Made by a program: the position numbers and the translations under genes
In this document: in pieces, positions 62,935-64,000 of the stretch
Position numbering within the stretch: position 1 is the stretch's first letter
Layout: each line of letters begins with the position of its first letter
Origin: Octopus vulgaris
Lineage: Eukaryota
NCBI GenBank assembly: GCA_951406725.2
Contig: OX597831.1
Coordinates: 55,986,001 to 56,050,000 of the forward strand
Direction of reading: 5' to 3'
Length of the DNA: 64,000 nucleotides
Notes under the pieces: model-generated
Database searches by the model: none
What the model saw: only the letters and a program-made list of their open reading frames with translations
Told to the model about the DNA's origin: nothing

Positions 62935-64000
62935 CTAGAAATAAAAAGAAGTTTAAATGTAAAACGTAAACCCTTTTCATATTCAGATAAATTGTACTCA
63001 AAAGATGTCAAATTATTAAAAGATATTTAAGAATGAGATATTTTGTTTTCAATTAAAAGGATTTCTTAGTATATTTGTTTTTCAAGTATTACTGTAGCTG
63101 GAAACATCTGCTTCAGTGTAATTGATAATTGAATAGTTTATTATTGAATGCTTCATTAAATAATTGACAGCTCATAACCTCCTTTTATATACCACTGTTT
63201 ACAAGACATGGTGTCACACTGTATTAGAACTTAGCACCATAGTTTTTATGGAGCTATGTGCCTAAGACATATCTCTTTCTTGGAAAAAAAAAATGACAAT
63301 CTACTGTTATTGCTTAGCCCCAAATCAATCTTGACCAAACAGATATTATCTAAGACATCTCAGCCATAACTATCTGGTCTTTTTAGGGGCATCTAAAACT
63401 TCACTATCAAATGTGTCCTTTCCTTTTTTAAAAAAAAAAAAAGTAAGAGTGTGATTTGAGGAACATTAGGCTGTTATTTCTTGCAGATTAACAACTTCTT
63501 AGAGACTCCCTTGTTGGCTAGCAGACAACTGCAGATTTTGCCATTGGAAGATCTGACTTCATCAAGCTAATAATAAATATGTTAATTACACAGTGTTCTT
63601 GATATTTATGGCAGTTAAACATACTTTCTTGGGGTATCCAAGCACACCTCTACTTCCCTAAGGTATTAAATATAAAGCTAAATAAACAAGGTCAGGGTGA
63701 GTCAAATTTAGGATAGACTTTGTGCACCATCAGTGATGAACAAAGGACTGTCAACTGTTTACTATATTAACACCCTAAAAATTTGAGACAATTTCTTTTC
63801 TACAACTGCCACTACTTATTTTATCAACCTTGAAGGACAAAACAATTTCACTAGATTTAAATCCAGTGAAATAATTTACTGAATAATTATTCAACATATT
63901 CTGCACAGTCATTTCATTAACATATTCCATCTTAAGTCTGACAAGTCAACAAGGGAGTTATCATGCAATCAATCAACCAGTTAGAAACTGCAGCCAAATT

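Overview
AT-rich, microsatellite- and SINE-dense animal genomic DNA. The repeat landscape is typical of an octopod cephalopod; this is inference, not a database result. From 26704 to the right edge the minus strand carries the 3' 18 coding exons of a DPP8/DPP9-family dipeptidyl peptidase: 2037 nt, 678 aa plus stop, all GT-AG introns with consistent phases, and an intact EE motif and Ser-Asp-His triad. The 5' exons lie beyond the window. Positions 1 to ~23 kb are intergenic and contain decayed Penelope-like, Tc1/mariner, RTE, Tx1/L1-like and Gypsy elements, MITEs, SINEs and a ~2 kb tandem duplication. Main points of interest: (i) a palindromic intronic element joining a tRNA-like head to a Penelope-type tail with minimal hammerhead ribozymes, plus further hammerhead motifs in the window; (ii) a Tx1-like LINE with an 18-bp TSD that shares its 3' tail with one of two tail variants of a SINE; (iii) SINE-internal microsatellites acting as insertion hotspots; (iv) long intronic fold-backs and inverted SINE pairs flanking exons; (v) a sharp CpG-depletion boundary near 23.3 kb. 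All calls are by eye; repeat boundaries are approximate.
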